Shown one piece after another: positions 1 through 12,864 of a DNA stretch of 64,000 nucleotides. Each line of letters begins with the position of its first letter. Positions within the stretch are counted from its first letter, which is position 1. The notes under the pieces are model-generated. The model was not told the origin of the DNA. It did not search any database and worked only from the letters and a program-made list of their open reading frames with translations. Source of the stretch: Eledone cirrhosa. Lineage: Eukaryota. The stretch spans positions 106,144,001 through 106,208,000 of the forward strand of contig OZ024745.1 in the NCBI GenBank assembly GCA_964016885.1. The letters are read 5' to 3'. The position numbers were made by a program, and so were the translations under genes.

Positions 1-18
1 CCATAAGTACTCTTTGCA

Positions 19-1280
19 TCACTTTCTATTAGTTTTGTTTGTTGGTTTACTGGTGTGCATACTATGGTAGTAAGTGTGGTTTGGTGTTGTGTTATTATAT
101 CTACCTATGTGGGATTTATTTTGGGTGTTTTGATTGTTCCCATCTATATACTCTATTTTGTTGAGGTAGCCTGCTTTACTAAGGGCGTTATCGTAGTACT
201 CGGCGTGTTCCTTAAATACTTGTATGTTAGAAGATAAACCCGAGATTCTAAGGGAAATATTTTTAGGGATAGATTTAATTATAGAGATGGGGTGGTTAGA
301 CCCAACATTTACGTATTTGAGATTTTCATTCAATTTATGAAACGGTTTAATCAGACCAGAGTTTAAATTGAGTGTGACATCCAGGAAGTTAACTACTTTA
401 AGGTTGTATTCATATGTTATAGTTAGTCCTATTTCGAGTAGTAGTTTTCTTATATCTTTGCGTAGTTTTTCTAGTTTTTGGTTATTTAGGTTTTTAACTA
501 GGAGGAGAACATCGTCGCGGTATATTCCGCCGTGGAGATTGCTGAATTTTTCCTGGAGTCTAAAGGCGATAAATAACCCCACAATATCAGTTATTTCCGC
601 CGAATCGTTAGAGCCCATTGTTATGTCAAAGTTAGAGGGTCTATCTTTACGTACACAATAACTGTTCTCAAATTTGACTATAGTTTTCCTAGCTTCTAAT
701 ATAATCTTAATTTCATCGTTTGTAAGGTCAGAGTTATCCTTAGCAAACTTAATGGCTCTATTCAAAGTTTCAGGTGATATCGATGAGTACTATTCATCGA
801 TATCAAACTGGATAAACTTAGATTTATTCTTATTGCTAATGCTATTAAACCATCTTATTGCTTCTTGGGTGTTCCCCCAGAGTTTAATGTTAACCTTAGG
901 CTTAATTTGGGGGATGATTCTATCTAAGATATATTTGCTTATTTTACCTATATCTGATTTAGAGGGGCAGATTAATCTAATTTTAGGGTCATTATCAAAG
1001 TTTACCTTATGGTCCTTAAGATTGAAGGTGGGTACCGCCGGTAAGAGTGGTCCTGTCCTATCTTCGATTCCGAGATTTTTCACTATTTCGCATGCCTCAT
1101 CATTGATGTGCTTAAGAGTTATTTCATTCGTTTTTCTATATTTTTTATGTAATTCTTTTCGAATGAAGTTGTTGTATGTAGTGCAATCCATAGTATACAT
1201 GTTTGATGTTTTGTCCGCTTTTACTACAATTCCTTTGGTGTTTTTAAGGTCGTCCAGTAGTTTTTTAATATCTTTAATAT
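19..1280 (-). mobile_element. Penelope-like element reverse transcriptase, 5'-truncated, one in-frame TAG
   Basis: ORFs 790..1323 and 19..765 share a frame (QFDIDE*YSSIS). Motifs VKADKT, FDITMGS.D.AE, YRDD, FLDVTL and SNHP are typical of PLE RT and thumb. The upstream end abuts (TA)n. Confidence 0.85.
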
Positions 1281-1302
1281 CTATATATATATATATATAT
1301 AT

Positions 1303-1920
1303 ATATTCTCGTGTAGCACCCATCCACCATCTGAGTGAGTTTCTTGGTCAGTGTCCAAGTTTCAGACACATACAGCAGCACAGACTCCACTACAGCAATG
1401 AAGAGACGGATTTTCAGGTCTTTACGAAGGTCCGACTTCCACACCGATCTCAAGCTGTGGCACGCCGCCCAGGCTTTGCTCTTCCTATCAACCACATCAT
1501 CTTCCGTATTCCCAATCTTTGCTCCCAAATATAGGAAGCCCTCAACCAATTCTAGCGGCTTCCCGCCTACATTAGTGATCCCCTCTGGCTTCTCAACATT
1601 CTCTACCAGATATTTTGTTTTAGTCTCATTCATTCTCAGCCCCACACTCATCGACACAGTCTCAACCTCCCGCATCAAATCCTCTGCCTCCCTCACTGTA
1701 TTTGTCACCAAAACTATGTCGTCGGCAAATTCAGCATCCGATACCTTTTTCGCCCTAACTCTCCTGCTCGAAGCCGGTGCTACAGTAAAGCCAGAGTCCT
1801 GGTGTTTCTCCAGTGCAAGGCGCATACAATAGTCCACTACGATGACGCAGGACATGGCAGCGATAATGAGGGACAGAGACCGCTGGAGAGAACTCGCCCA
1901 TGGAATTTTACCCACCTTAG
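1303..1920. mobile_element. RTE-type LINE insertion with 5' inversion (1303-1843 minus, 1846-1920 plus 3' end)
   Basis: Minus strand reads FADDIVL..GLRMNETKTK..FLYLG..ESVLLY.SETWTL. The plus part matches the 3' end (QDMAAIMRDRDRWREL) of the copy at 17830-18319. Confidence 0.85.
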
Positions 1921-2027
1921 AATAGAATAAAATATATATATTCAAATTAAAATGAAGAATTAGAAATAGGACTATCCATCATCAGTGGTCTACTAGCCAT
2001 CATCGGTATTTCTTCGCAATACATACA

Positions 2028-2087
<60 letters not shown>

Positions 2088-2170
2088 CATCTATCATATA
2101 TATACATACATAACTGCATATCTATCTGTCTATGTATCTATATATCCATCCATCTATATCTATCTATCTA

Positions 2171-2598
2171 GGTGGACGAGGTTAAAAGGGCTGAGGCCAG
2201 ACACCTTTCTCTCCGGCGAGCAACTGATTCGTCTTTTCAAATATCATTTTGGAAGAAGAATCAGGATGGAGAGAGAGGTGCTGTACCCCAGCAAATTTTA
2301 TAAAAGGTGTGTGAATGTGGCAAAGATGGCCCGAGTGGTTTGGCCTTCTCTCTATATAAGCCTATAGGTTGAGGGAAAAGAGGAAGAAAGGAAGGGAGTA
2401 CTCACTCTTGGTGCTCCTGGAGATGAGGGTTGTACATTTTTTCGGGGTGTGTACAACCCCTGTGTAATGCCTCCCCTATTGAGGATTTCAATTGTTATTT
2501 GTTATTTTATTAATAGTTTTATTTTCATATACCTGTATGTAAATTCCCCATTTGTATTTGTCCCCTTCTTTTGTGCCCTTGTGGCTAATAAAGAAATT
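2171..2598 (+). mobile_element. Tx1/L1-clade LINE 3' fragment
   Basis: Homologous to 6821-7490. Ends in AATAAAGAAA followed by (TATC)n. Confidence 0.7.
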
Positions 2599-2616
2599 TA
2601 TCTATCTATCTATCTA

Positions 2617-2665
<49 letters not shown>

Positions 2666-2964
2666 TTATCAAAATGCATATACACACTCACATATGTATA
2701 TTTATACAAATATCTATAAATACACATGCATGCAATTATATATGCATCTATAAGTCTATCCGCGTGTTTTCGAGCTGTGACTGCTGGACTCATGTCATTA
2801 TTTCAAGAGTTCAGTTCTTGGAAGGCGCATTATATTCTTGAGGCGCGTCATATTCTTGAGCAAAATAGCTTATTTCTCATTGATTCTGCTGCCTCCAATG
2901 GAAGAAACCATTTTGAAAAATTGCTTTTTTATGGGCCAATTACAAATTAGCTTAATTTCGAAGG

Positions 2965-3272
2965 CCCGTTGCTTGGTGGTTAGGGATTTGGTTTTGCTAT
3001 TGTAATGACATGAGTTCGTTTCCCGGCTCGTGGAGTCCTTAACCAAGTCACAATATTTCACTCTCCTTCAGTTCAGACAGTGTGCATAATTAAGTTGAAT
3101 ATGTAATTCAAACTCTCACCATTTTCACACCCTATCACGATGAATCTTCCCGATAATTATTGCAGTGTAGACATGCCTATGTAATGCTCAGACACTTGTA
3201 TGTTAATCTCATACGCAAGTTATATCCTTCATTGTATCGAATGGAGTACTCGTCATCGCAACCGACGGTGTC
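2965..3272 (+). mobile_element. Old diverged tRNA-derived SINE
   Basis: A-box-like TGGTGGTTAGG and B-box-like GAGTTCGTTTCCC, with a CORE-like body. Confidence 0.45.
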
Positions 3273-3363
3273 TAATATCCATAACCACACACACAGACAC
3301 ATATAATATATATACATATATATATGTGTGTGTGTATATGTGTGCGTGTGAGAGAGAGAGAGA

Positions 3364-3416
<53 letters not shown>

Positions 3417-4034
3417 TGTGTGTGTGGATGTACATTGTTATAATTGCTTGGGCAAATCAAGAAAAATGCAAATTATAAATAAAAGATAATTAAAGAACAC
3501 AAGGAAAATCTAATGATAGTTATCCGTTTCATTTTATGAACCAAAAATTCCTGAGACATAGTTGTAGAAGTGTAAACACTTTTTCTTTGTTTTAATCTAA
3601 TCTCGTTTCCGATCCGAAATTTCTAAGTTGATTTATGCCGGCTTTTCCTAAATTGTCCTAATCACAAATTTTACAATGTAGAAAGAGCGACAAAAATTTC
3701 GAAAATTGTATATTTAAAGTAAAATTAACGATTTTATGTCCTCTAATTGAGTAAAATGCGTATTTTTTAGTTCAACATAGTCTCAGATCATGATACACGT
3801 CAAACATGTACAACTCCGATATAGGAATTGATAGAGTAGTTATGGTGTTGGGTTTAATAGCTGTGTATTTTCCGATTCATTGCTCTTTATGTTCTAATCT
3901 CAACGAGAACAAATTTGCCCTCCACCCATTTGGATGCCGATGGGAAATGTTGACCCAGAGGTAGTCAATTGACGGATGTGTTAATAAGTCGGTATCCGGT
4001 CCGGCTTTGTGGATTCTGATTTGAAATTCGTCCT

Positions 4035-4345
4035 CGGCGGATTGGCAGTATCGGTAGAGGGTCGGACGCCATGCTTTCCAGCATAGTTACGTCCCTTTAT
4101 GATCTGAGTTCAAATCCCGCCGAGGTTAACTTTGCCTTTCATCCTTACGGGGTCGATAAAATAAAGTACCAGTAATGCACTGGGTTAATTCCTGGCCTTG
4201 TGCCTAAAGTAGAAACAATTATTTTAGGAGTTCAAATCCCGCCGAGGTTAACTTTGCCTTTCATCCTTACGGGGTCGATAAAATAAAGTACCAGTAATGT
4301 ACTAGGATAATTGCTGGCCTTATGCCAAAAGTAGAAACAATTATT
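4035..4345 (+). mobile_element. tRNA-derived SINE with Deu/Nin-like core: one full copy and one headless copy
   Basis: A box TGGCAGTATCGGTAGA, B box GAGTTCAAATCC, core CTTTGCCTTTCATCCTTACGGGGTCGATAAAATAAAGTACCAG, tail GTAGAAACAATT(ATT)n. Confidence 0.85.
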
Positions 4346-4401
4346 TTCGGAGTTGAAACCAGCAGATAATATCAGCAATAGAAAGAGCAATGGAAACATT
4401 A

Positions 4402-4684
4402 TGTTGTGCGAGAGTACTACCCCCCCCCCCCCCCCCCCGGCGAGAATGGGCTGGACCACTACATATAAATAGTAGCGACCTGAGTAAGTGGAAGAAGTTG
4501 GTACTAGTCCACTGTTCGTGTGTTGATAGTCAAAGTTGGAGTTCAAGTTAACAGTTTGAGTTAGCGTGTTAGATTGTTGGTTCTTAAAAGATTGTTGTTC
4601 CGTTACGTGTGGTCATTACCGTTGTTTCGATTATATTATTATTACACTGTTGCGGTGTAGTCGTATATCCATAAGGACATAACA
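4402..4684 (+). mobile_element. Probable solo LTR
   Basis: Termini TGTTGTG...CATAACA, flanked by CATTA/CATTG (5-bp TSD with one mismatch). TATAAATA near 4464. Confidence 0.6.
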
Positions 4685-5414
4685 CATTGTTATGGTTCGA
4701 TCTGACGCTTGGCTAATTTCCTTTCATTTTTTTTCCATTCCACATACGAAAGAGGCTGCTAAATTGTGTACTAACACTGTAAGAACACCATTTTATTCGG
4801 TTTATACAGTAATAGTAAAGTCATTGTACTTATAATGTTGTTACTACTAGTGCATCTATCCGTGTATATGTTGTAGGCGTCGTAGTTACCGGTGTTGCTT
4901 TTATTGCCACAATCGGTACAGCGAATGATTTCCTTTCCTAATCTACCTTTTTTTTTATTGTTTATGCAGTTCTAGTTTGTCTACTAGTACTTTTTCTTTT
5001 ACTCGTCTTACTCAGTCTTGTCCTGTTGCTACAACTATTTCCCTTCCACCAACCAGTTGCTAGAGTAGTGCAGTAAGTAGACATGGAGATTATGTTAATC
5101 TTTGTTGGATTAAGACACTTAATGGATTCCTAGTACGAGGTAATTTTATCTCGCAGCCAATAAAACAAACACACAGACACACACACACATACACAAACAC
5201 ACACTCACACACATACACACCACACACACACTCACACAAACATACATTCACACACACTCAGGCACACATACATATATATATATATAGAGAGCGAGAGAGA
5301 GAAACAGAGAGAGAGCTTATCTATGGATATATGTAATGATGCATATACCAATGGATGTATGTATGATTGTAAGATGTATTAATATAATTATGCTTCTATA
5401 TATTTATATTTGTA

Positions 5415-5458
<44 letters not shown>

Positions 5459-5578
5459 AAAGTTTTATTTAAAATTGTTGGGTTACAAGTAAATGTTTTA
5501 TAACTGATATAAAGCACTCGACACGTTTTTGGAGTAGATATACGATATTAAACAAATGGAAACTATATTTATAAAACC

Positions 5579-5655
5579 ATATTTATTTCATTATACATAT
5601 TTCGGGGATACCATATTAAAAATATGGCATGCCTTCGTCAGATAAAATACAATAT
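5579..5655 (-). ncRNA. Type I hammerhead ribozyme, family A
   Basis: Reverse complement of 5751-5827 with the core intact. Confidence 0.8.
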
Positions 5656-5750
5656 ATAAACAGTTTTATAAATAATTTTGACGTACCAGCTTCCTACCTA
5701 ATGGTCGCTCATATTTATGGTACGTCAACATTATTTATAAAACTGTTTAT

Positions 5751-5827
5751 ATATTGTATTTTATCTGACGAAGGCATGCCATATTTTTAATATGGTATCC
5801 CCGAAATATGTATAATGAAATAAATAT
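5751..5827 (+). ncRNA. Type I hammerhead ribozyme, family A
   Basis: Stem I ATATTGTATTTTAT; CTGACGA 5765-5771; stem II hairpin; GAAA 5803-5806; TATGTA; TA cleavage site; ATGAAATAAATAT pairing back to stem I. Confidence 0.85.
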
Positions 5828-5863
5828 GGTTTTATAAATATAGTTTCCATTTGTTTAATATCG

Positions 5864-5897
<34 letters not shown>

Positions 5898-5900
<3 letters not shown>

Positions 5901-5944
5901 AGGAGGTGAGTTTTATTGTAGTACAATAAAACTCACCTCCTACA
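5898..5944. repeat. Perfect 23-bp-arm hairpin at the start of a family B module
   Basis: TGTAGGAGGTGAGTTTTATTGTA-G-TACAATAAAACTCACCTCCTACA. The same sequence begins the module at 31171. Confidence 0.85.
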
Positions 5945-6004
5945 TATGTTGATTTAAAACTGCACTATTCACAAGTGTGTTTTAACCTTCATATCATGTC
6001 TCCC

Positions 6005-6075
6005 TATTTTATCTGACGAAAACGCAAATGTCATTGCATGATGATATTTGTTTTTCAAATGCGCATAATAAAATA
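6005..6075 (+). ncRNA. Hammerhead family B, probably inactive (GAAA changed to CAAA)
   Basis: CTGACGA 6013-6019, long stem II, palindromic ATGCGCAT stem III. Homologous to 31488-31558. Confidence 0.7.
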
Positions 6076-6112
6076 CATGGAACTCTTTTAACCATCTTTT
6101 AATCTTATATAT

Positions 6113-6155
<43 letters not shown>

Positions 6156-6333
6156 AAAGTTCTATTTAAAATTATTGGAATACAACAAGTAAATATTTTT
6201 ATAACTGATATAAAGCACTCAACAAGTATTTGGAGTAGATATACGATATTAATATTAAACTATCCGGATGGCTTCCAAAAACAATGGTTGCATTTTAAAA
6301 GGGTACGTCAGAGCTTATTTGTAAAACTGTTAT

Positions 6334-6409
6334 ATATTGTATTTTGTCTGATGAAGGCATACCATAATTTAATTTGGTATCCCTGAAATATGTATAATGA
6401 AATAAATAT
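6334..6409 (+). ncRNA. Hammerhead family A inside a ~295-bp (TA)n-flanked element (6152-6447)
   Basis: CTGATGA 6348-6354 and GAAA 6385-6388, with the same stems as 5751. Confidence 0.8.
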
Positions 6410-6444
6410 GGTTTTATAAATACAATTTCCATTTATTAATATCG

Positions 6445-6493
<49 letters not shown>

Positions 6494-6820
6494 CTGTATC
6501 TGTGTCTGTGCGTATGTATGTATGCATGTACTTTTGTATGGATGTGTGTGTGTGTGTGTATGTGTGTGTATGTGTGTGTGTGCATGTACCTGTATGAAGG
6601 TATACGCATTTATTCAATCAAAAGTAATCACAGAAACAGGCAGTTGATTTTTAATTTATCTACTGAAAGACAGAATAATATAAAAATATTAGGCTCAATA
6701 CACTACATGCTTTTTGTTTCTTTGATAAATTCGGTAATTGGATATCTATTTCGTTCATGTATATATAGGAGGAAGGAACTAATTCTAAGTGTGTTAAGTA
6801 AATATTTCTATCTATCTATC

Positions 6821-7980
6821 TGTGCGACGGGGAAACCGTTGCACACGCATTGGTACACTGCTCGGGCATTGCCGATCTGTGGGGCTATGTCGAACAACTG
6901 CTGTCAAGGGTGGGACCGATCCGGTTGACCACCGAGTCTATTGTAACGATCAAGCCGCCTCCCCTCTTCAAAAACGAAGAAAAGGCGGTGTTTCTGTGCG
7001 TAAGAACCATGGCGAAAGAGGTTGTATGGTGGACGCGTCTGAAAGGACTGAGGTCAGACACCTTTCTCTCTGGCCAACAACTGGTCCGTTTCTTCCGATA
7101 TCATTTCAGAAGAAGGATCAGGATGGAGAGAGAGGTGCTGCACCCCAGCCGTTTTTATGAAAGATGGGTGAAAGTGGCGAGAATGGCCCGTGTGAATGGG
7201 CCTTCACTCTACATCAGACTATAGGTGAGGAAGATGAAAGACCAAGGGAGCACCCCTTCTCTGTGCTCCCGAGGAAAAGGGTTGCACACTTTTTTTCGGG
7301 GGTGTGTGCGACCCCCTAAGGCGCCTCCTCTCTATTGAGGACTTTGTTATAAATTTTATTTTTTGTTATATTTTATTTTATTTTTATATATTGTTATTGC
7401 CTCCTCCTTATTGAGGACGCCTTGTTTTGTAAACTCCCCCCATTGTACTTGTCCCACTTTTGATGCCCTGGTGGCAAATAAAAGAAACATATCTATCTAT
7501 ATATATATCTATATAAATATTCAAAAACGAAGGAGAGGCGGTTTTCCTTTGTGTTATAGCTACTGCGAAAGAGGTTGTATGGTGGACAAGGTTGTCTCCG
7601 GCCAACAACTGATTCTTTTTTTCAAATACCACTTTAGAAGAAGAATAAGGATGGAGAGAGAGGTGCAAGTTTTATGAACGGTGGGTGAAAGTGGCGAGAA
7701 TGGCCCGAGTGAATGGGCCTTCTCTCTATATCAGCCGTAGGTTGAGGAAAAAAAGGAGGAGAGGAAAGGGGTACAAACTCTTCGTACTCCTGGAGTTGAG
7801 GGTTGCACATTTTTTTCGGGGGTATGTGTTACTCATATGTAATGTCTCCCCCTATTGGAGAAAATAAATTAACTTTTAAATTATATTTGTGATAGTATTT
7901 TACACGTTTTTATTGTATGTAAACTTCCCCCTTTGTATTTGTCCCCTTCATTTGTGCCCCTGTGGCTAATAAAGAAACAT
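6821..7980 (+). mobile_element. Two tandem Tx1/L1-clade LINE 3' fragments (6821-7490, 7520-7980)
   Basis: ORF2 C-terminus (ET..HA.VHC zinc-knuckle remnant, AKEVVWWTR, F.ERW), 3' UTR, AATAAA, then (ATCT)n. Confidence 0.75.
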
Positions 7981-7996
7981 ATCTATCTATATAAAT

Positions 7997-8179
7997 AATT
8001 GTTTCTACTTTAGGCACAAGGCCAGCAAATACCAGTGCATTACTGGTACTTTATTTTATCGACCCCGTAAGGATGAAAGGCAAAGTCAACTTCGGCGGGA
8101 TTTGAACTCAGATCGTAAAGGGAAGTAACTATGCTGCAAAGCATGGCATCCGACCCTCTACCGATACTGTCAATCCACA

Positions 8180-8236
<57 letters not shown>

Positions 8237-8535
8237 CATTATTAGTAGTAGGTTAACTTTGCCTTTCATCCTTACGGGGTCGATAAAATAAAGTACCAGT
8301 AATGTACTGGGTAATTACTAGCCTTGTGCCTAAAGTAGAAACAATTATTAGTAGTAGTGGCAGTATCGGTAGAGGGTCTGACGCCATGCTTTGCAGCAAA
8401 GAGTTACGGCCCTGTATGGTCTGAGTTCAAATCCCACCGAGTTTTACTTTGCCTTTCATCCTTACGGGGTCGATAAAATAAAATACCAGTAATGCACTGG
8501 GATAATTGCTGGCCTTATGCCAAAAGTAGAAATAA
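7997..8535. mobile_element. Deu/Nin-like SINE copies (7997-8182 minus; 8250-8348 and 8358-8535 plus)
   Basis: Match to the SINE at 4035. Confidence 0.85.
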
Positions 8536-8559
8536 TGATGAGTAGTATTGTGGTAGAAA

Positions 8560-8625
8560 TACAGATTGAAGTTTAAGCAAATAATTTCTGCTTTCCCCCT
8601 ATACGGGATTTTATGAAACTGAGAA
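8560..8625 (-). ncRNA. Decayed hammerhead family E copy
   Basis: Aligns with 39911-39986. Stems are retained but the core is degraded to CATAAAA. Confidence 0.5.
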
Positions 8626-8759
8626 AAATGAATAGAAAGGTTTAGAAGTGAGCTTATCGCTTTCTTTAAAGGCTTCAACCTTTCCATTGAAGTTGAAGCC
8701 AACCTATCTGTCATGAATTTCCTCGCCATGACACTCAGTATATCGAATGGCCTGTACTA

Positions 8760-9120
8760 ACCAATGATTGGACGATGCAGGCTGTAAACAGCCTGGCACC
8801 AGCAACAAGCTTTTATCTGTGATAAAAGAAAGTCGCAAATATATATGTGAAATAAATCTAAGTGCAGATGTGACACAATAAACTCCTCTACTAGCAACAG
8901 TGTCAGCAAAGGCTACAGAAACTAACGCAAAGGAAGCAACTCTTGAGAAGATGAAGAAACAATGGCAATATAAGCCACTACATGGTCAGTACTTTACTCG
9001 ACTCAGGCAAGCTGATGGAAACAAAACCCAAACCCAACAATGGCTGCGTAATTCAGGATTGAAAGCCAAAATAGAAGGTTTCATATTGGCTGCATAAGAC
9101 CAAACCCTTGCCACAAAAAA
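8760..9120 (+). mobile_element. R4/Dong-like LINE internal fragment
   Basis: WQYKPLHGQY..WLRNSGLK..EGFILAA*DQTL, the conserved segment between RT and the zinc knuckle. Confidence 0.7.
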
Positions 9121-9846
9121 TATGTAAATTTAAGTCCCATATTTAATAAATATTTTGAATGGTTGATTACTTTCGGGTTCTCCTGTGTGGGGGGTCATCG
9201 TGTGTCCTGGTATTTCTGTACTTGTGCTAAAAAAGATAGTTATTTTGATTGTGACTGCTGTTTGTTGATTCACTGGCTTGTGAGCGTATGTAGGGTGATT
9301 TTTTATGAAAGTATTGTAGCTTCACTAAGATTTTACGTGTGCATATGTTTTATATATGTATGTACGTGCGTACATTTGTGGTTTGCTTATTTATGAAGCA
9401 GCCATTCCATCTTTACATACATTTATATTAACAGAATATATTTTATTGGACATGTGTGAAGATTACACTCAGAATATTGTTCATGTGGCTTTGTAAAACA
9501 ACTTCTAGTTGCGTTATCAGCGAATGATCGCCAATCATACTGTCGCAACATAAAATAATTTCGGCATTCCAATAAATGCTGGCTCTATACTTCAAAGATG
9601 AATTCTGTTCTCTCTCTTATTTGCAAACTCAAGCAAATACATATTTCCAAATATATCTTTATTAAAGAAGAGAAGAAACGCAAATATTGCGATTACTACA
9701 CAAGAGATAATCTTTTAAAGCATTAGGGATTAAACATTTTAAATCCTTCAAGATTTCAAAAGAACAGTACATACTGGAACCGAATATTCATAACAAAAAT
9801 TCAGAAAGTTATTCAAGGAAATTGCACACACACATAAACACACACA

Positions 9847-9965
<119 letters not shown>

Positions 9966-10106
9966 TCAAACATATATATTTATATATGTGTTTGAGTGTG
10001 TGTGTGTGTATATATATATATATCTATATATACATATATATTTGTATATGTGTTTGAGCGTGTGTGTATATATATATATATATGTATACATATGTCTGTG
10101 TGTGTA

Positions 10107-10144
<38 letters not shown>

Positions 10145-11336
10145 TGTGTGTGTTTATGGAGATCAATGCAATATATCAACTGACGCTTTGAAATCGACGA
10201 CGAATGAGATTTTCCTGAATTTATGCGTCGATTGTTCCTCTTGCCTTTAATATGTGATCGATCAAAAGTGATTCTTCCTAAATCTACACTGCTGACCGCC
10301 TGCCAAAGCTGTTATATAGTCGTCAATACTAATGAGGTAAATATTGGAAAACAATATCGAACACTATGTCATTCCCATCATTCCAATCATTCCTGTCCCA
10401 CATTTTGGGCAACTTAACAACTCAACAAACAATACATCATTCAGTTTTGCTAGCGTTTCTCAAATTCAACATATCTATGTTTTGTATATATATATATAAG
10501 TGTTTCCCAACCATTTTTTTTTTCCTAAAACACTCAGATACTTAATACCACCTTCAACTTCTACTATCAATTAATAAAGTTTGTGGAAATAATTGTATGC
10601 ATGCATGGTCCCGTAACATCTGAAAGAGTCTTAGGGTCGTCGTATAAACATACGACGTTTCTGGGACATTTTTATTTCTGAAAGAGAAGAATTCACTCCT
10701 CTCCAGGTCTGAATACACCAAATTTCTTCCAGAGAAGAATAGAGAGTAAGCGGATGGAAGTTATAAAGAGATGTAGAGAATGAATCTATCACAATACTTG
10801 CGCGGTACTGCTTTTATCAACTTCGAATGGATGAGAGGCAAAGTCTGCCACGGCGGAATTTGAACTCAAAGAGCAAGAAACGAAATGAATACCGCAAAGT
10901 ATTCTATCCAACGTTCTAATGAAAATGCGCTGACTATGTATCAATAATAAAATTAAAATTAATGTAAATATATGTACATTTAGTTAATGTTTAATTGTCC
11001 CAATGCCGAGAAAGATGACAGGGACACGATCTTTATGTATGGAGTGGACCATATATTACTAACACATTGGGACATCATAACGCTTTAAAACAAAACCTTT
11101 TCAAATTAAATATAATTTACAAGCATATAATAAACTTTAGCAACATAATCTGTTGCTCTTCCTTTATTTCTATATTATTGCTAATGTTATAAACATATAC
11201 TATCAGCACCCTCAAACATCTAAGAACCCATACTCCATACGTAATACACCCCCCCCCCCCCGGCCTTCTCTCATAACCTCGGACACTGCTCTAGTAGTCA
11301 CGATCATGTTTTTTGGAGAAACCTTTTTCTCATTTT

Positions 11337-11453
<117 letters not shown>

Positions 11454-11805
11454 CCCTCGCTATAATCTAGATAGCATTACTTGTATAGAAAGTAACTTAG
11501 ATAAAACACCACTCTGCCCATTCTTTCTTAATTACGGTTTCTCAATTAAATCGCCATCCACCGCCTCAAGTTTTTCTTATTTATACTGTGCCTGCCATTG
11601 AAACGCTAGTTCATGTATGATGACCCTGTGTAACAAGAGTAACAAGTTTCACTATTCATCCTTAATAAAATGAATAATAAAACTCTACTTCGGTATTGAG
11701 TACTCCTTTCTCTCAGCCGTTAAACACACACAGGTATCGGATATACATACATACACACACACACATATATATATCTATATACATATATATATTATTTATT
11801 ATTAT

Positions 11806-11848
<43 letters not shown>

Positions 11849-12024
11849 AAAGTTATATTTACAATTGTTGGGTTACAACTAGTAAATATTTATAACTGAT
11901 ATAAAAGCACTCGACAAATATTTGGAGTATATTTACAATATTAAATAAATGCCTGTCTTAACCTCTCCAAATGCAAGTCGGTGTTATTAAGGTATGTCGA
12001 ATATATTTATCTATAAAACTGTTT

Positions 12025-12101
12025 ATATTGTATTTTGTCTGAGGAAGGCATAGCATATTGTTAATATGATATCCCCGAAATATATATAATGAAATAAATA
12101 T
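12025..12101 (+). ncRNA. Hammerhead family A inside a ~295-bp (TA)n-flanked element (11846-12142)
   Basis: CTGAGGA 12039-12045, GAAA 12077-12080, palindromic ATATATAT stem III. Confidence 0.8.
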
Positions 12102-12137
12102 GGTTTTATAAATATAGTTTCCATTTATTTATTTAAT

Positions 12138-12195
<58 letters not shown>

Positions 12196-12267
12196 TATGC
12201 TTATATGTGTGTGTGGCCGTTACCATGGAGGAAACAGATGACCATATATATGTGTGTGTGTGTGTGT

Positions 12268-12299
<32 letters not shown>

Positions 12300-12864
12300 A
12301 TTTATAGCTAGCTGTATATGTGTGTCTGTGTGTATGCATAAATATTCTCACACGAATTAATACGTTGAAATACTTTGACGCACAAAGCCATGTCATATAC
12401 TTACATTGCCATGTGACTTTGTTACAATCTTATTCTTATACTTACATGGATTGCATCAATTATAGATTTTTTTATTGACGTCATCGAGTTTGTACAAAGT
12501 TCTCTGTTGATAAAATGAAACCTTTCCTTTCTTATCGGTCTTTTGTTTTTTTTACACACTCTGACGCAGGCACATGCACACGCATACACACACGCACGCA
12601 CGCACATACGCACGCACATACGCGCACACACACATACACACACGCAGACACACATACATAAAGTTTCTATTGAGTGAAGTAAACAGAATCCCACAACAAT
12701 GGCGCCATCACCACTTTTAATATACGCAAATAACATTGGTTTCCTACGTCATGTAAAACATTTTACCTTTTTATCCATTATTCGCTCTGGTCCCTCCTTG
12801 TTACCATTGTTTACAACGACATTGTCATTATCATCATCTTCAATATCATTATTATCATCGTCAT

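Noticed and set aside
1-30. TGA ending the PLE ORF read as selenocysteine
   Set aside because: No SECIS is visible and CGA-to-TGA decay is simpler. The downstream context is outside the window.
674-1832. Long plus-strand ORFs
   Set aside because: They are antisense shadows of the PLE and RTE coding strands.
4035-4125. tRNA genes
   Set aside because: The A and B boxes belong to SINE heads and no cloverleaf forms.
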